From positions 81,200,714 through 81,264,713 of the forward strand of contig NC_057711.1 of NCBI RefSeq assembly GCF_004010195.1: 64,000 nucleotides of DNA, read 5' to 3'. Each line of letters starts with the position of its first letter. The first letter of the stretch is position 1. The notes beneath the pieces were generated by a model. That model ran no database searches. It was not told where the DNA came from and saw only the letters and a list, made by a program, of their open reading frames with translations. Below are positions 63,614 through 64,000 of the stretch, piece after piece. Origin of the DNA: Chiloscyllium plagiosum. Its lineage: Eukaryota. Position numbers and translations under genes: made by a program.

Positions 63614-63822
63614 AAGGATAATGTGTTGGATGAGGAGACTGATGCCATCCCCACAAGCACCCCTGCTCTTCACAACAGGTAAATAAAATAAAAGAGAAAA
63701 CAAAAAAAAGAGAAAACAAGAAAATAAATTGAAAAGAAAAGCAGACAGAGCAGATGAGCCCCAGGCTTAGAAGCCCTTATCCACCACCATCTTACCTGAT
63801 GAATAATTAAATAATTAATAGA

Positions 63823-63922
63823 ATAAAAACAAAAACTGCTGGAAGTACTCAGCAGGGCTGGCAGTATCTGTGGAGTGAAACAGAGTTAATTCTTCAGGTT
63901 GAGATGCCCTGTCCTCAGAACT
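63823..63922 (-). mobile_element. Old Penelope terminal repeat
   Basis: aaaaacaaaaactgctggaagtactcagcagg...cagagttaa is the reverse complement of the terminus type at 53850-53920. Confidence 0.6.
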
Positions 63923-64000
63923 CTGGGCTGAACCATTTGGTTTCTTGGCTAATCTCAAGGTGTATCCAGTATTTTAGATGGACTTTTGCCGTGACGCATG

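Larger units (their letters stand above)
61691..63637 (-). mobile_element. Penelope-like element (Neptune-like) 3' part with 12-bp target-site duplication
   Basis: GIY-YIG FTCLSSNLVYCIRCSQCGLLYIGETKHKL and KLEEQCLIFCLGSLQPGGL; actgatgccgtc at 61679-61690 and actgatgccatc at 63638-63649; decayed hammerhead near 61760-61780. Confidence 0.85.
61095..63793 (-). mobile_element. Non-coding element with Rex/Babar-type tail, split by a Penelope insertion (61095-61690 and 63638-63793)
   Basis: Minus 5' end aagatggtggtgg and 3' tail acaataaataataaaattaaatcaaat; the halves are linked by duplicated actgatgccRtc. Confidence 0.55.

Overview
Vertebrate genomic DNA with three assembly gaps (57-879, 3579-3744, 63035-63326). 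It is almost certainly from a cartilaginous fish, inferred from the HE1-type SINE and HER1/CR1 LINE content. No complete host gene is visible. Most of the window is decayed retroelements: many CR1-clade LINE fragments (one near full length, with a zinc-finger plus SGNH-esterase ORF1), RTE and Rex/Babar LINE remnants, HE1-type tRNA SINEs, an internally deleted Gypsy LTR element, a tRNA-Ile(AAT) pseudogene, and several Penelope-like elements (RT plus GIY-YIG). The most striking signal is a recurring class of short (about 120-210 bp) tail-out palindromic insertions derived from Penelope terminal repeats. They are flanked by 8-16 bp target-site duplications and joined at, or next to, a minimal hammerhead ribozyme core (CUGANGA-N-stem II-GAAA-palindrome-UH), and this core occurs in at least five unrelated sequence families with compensatory stem II changes. 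Deeply nested insertion stacks lie at 36.5-46.1 kb and 61.1-63.8 kb. A few unverified exon-like segments sit in repeat-free islands. Boundaries of old repeats are approximate and were read by eye.
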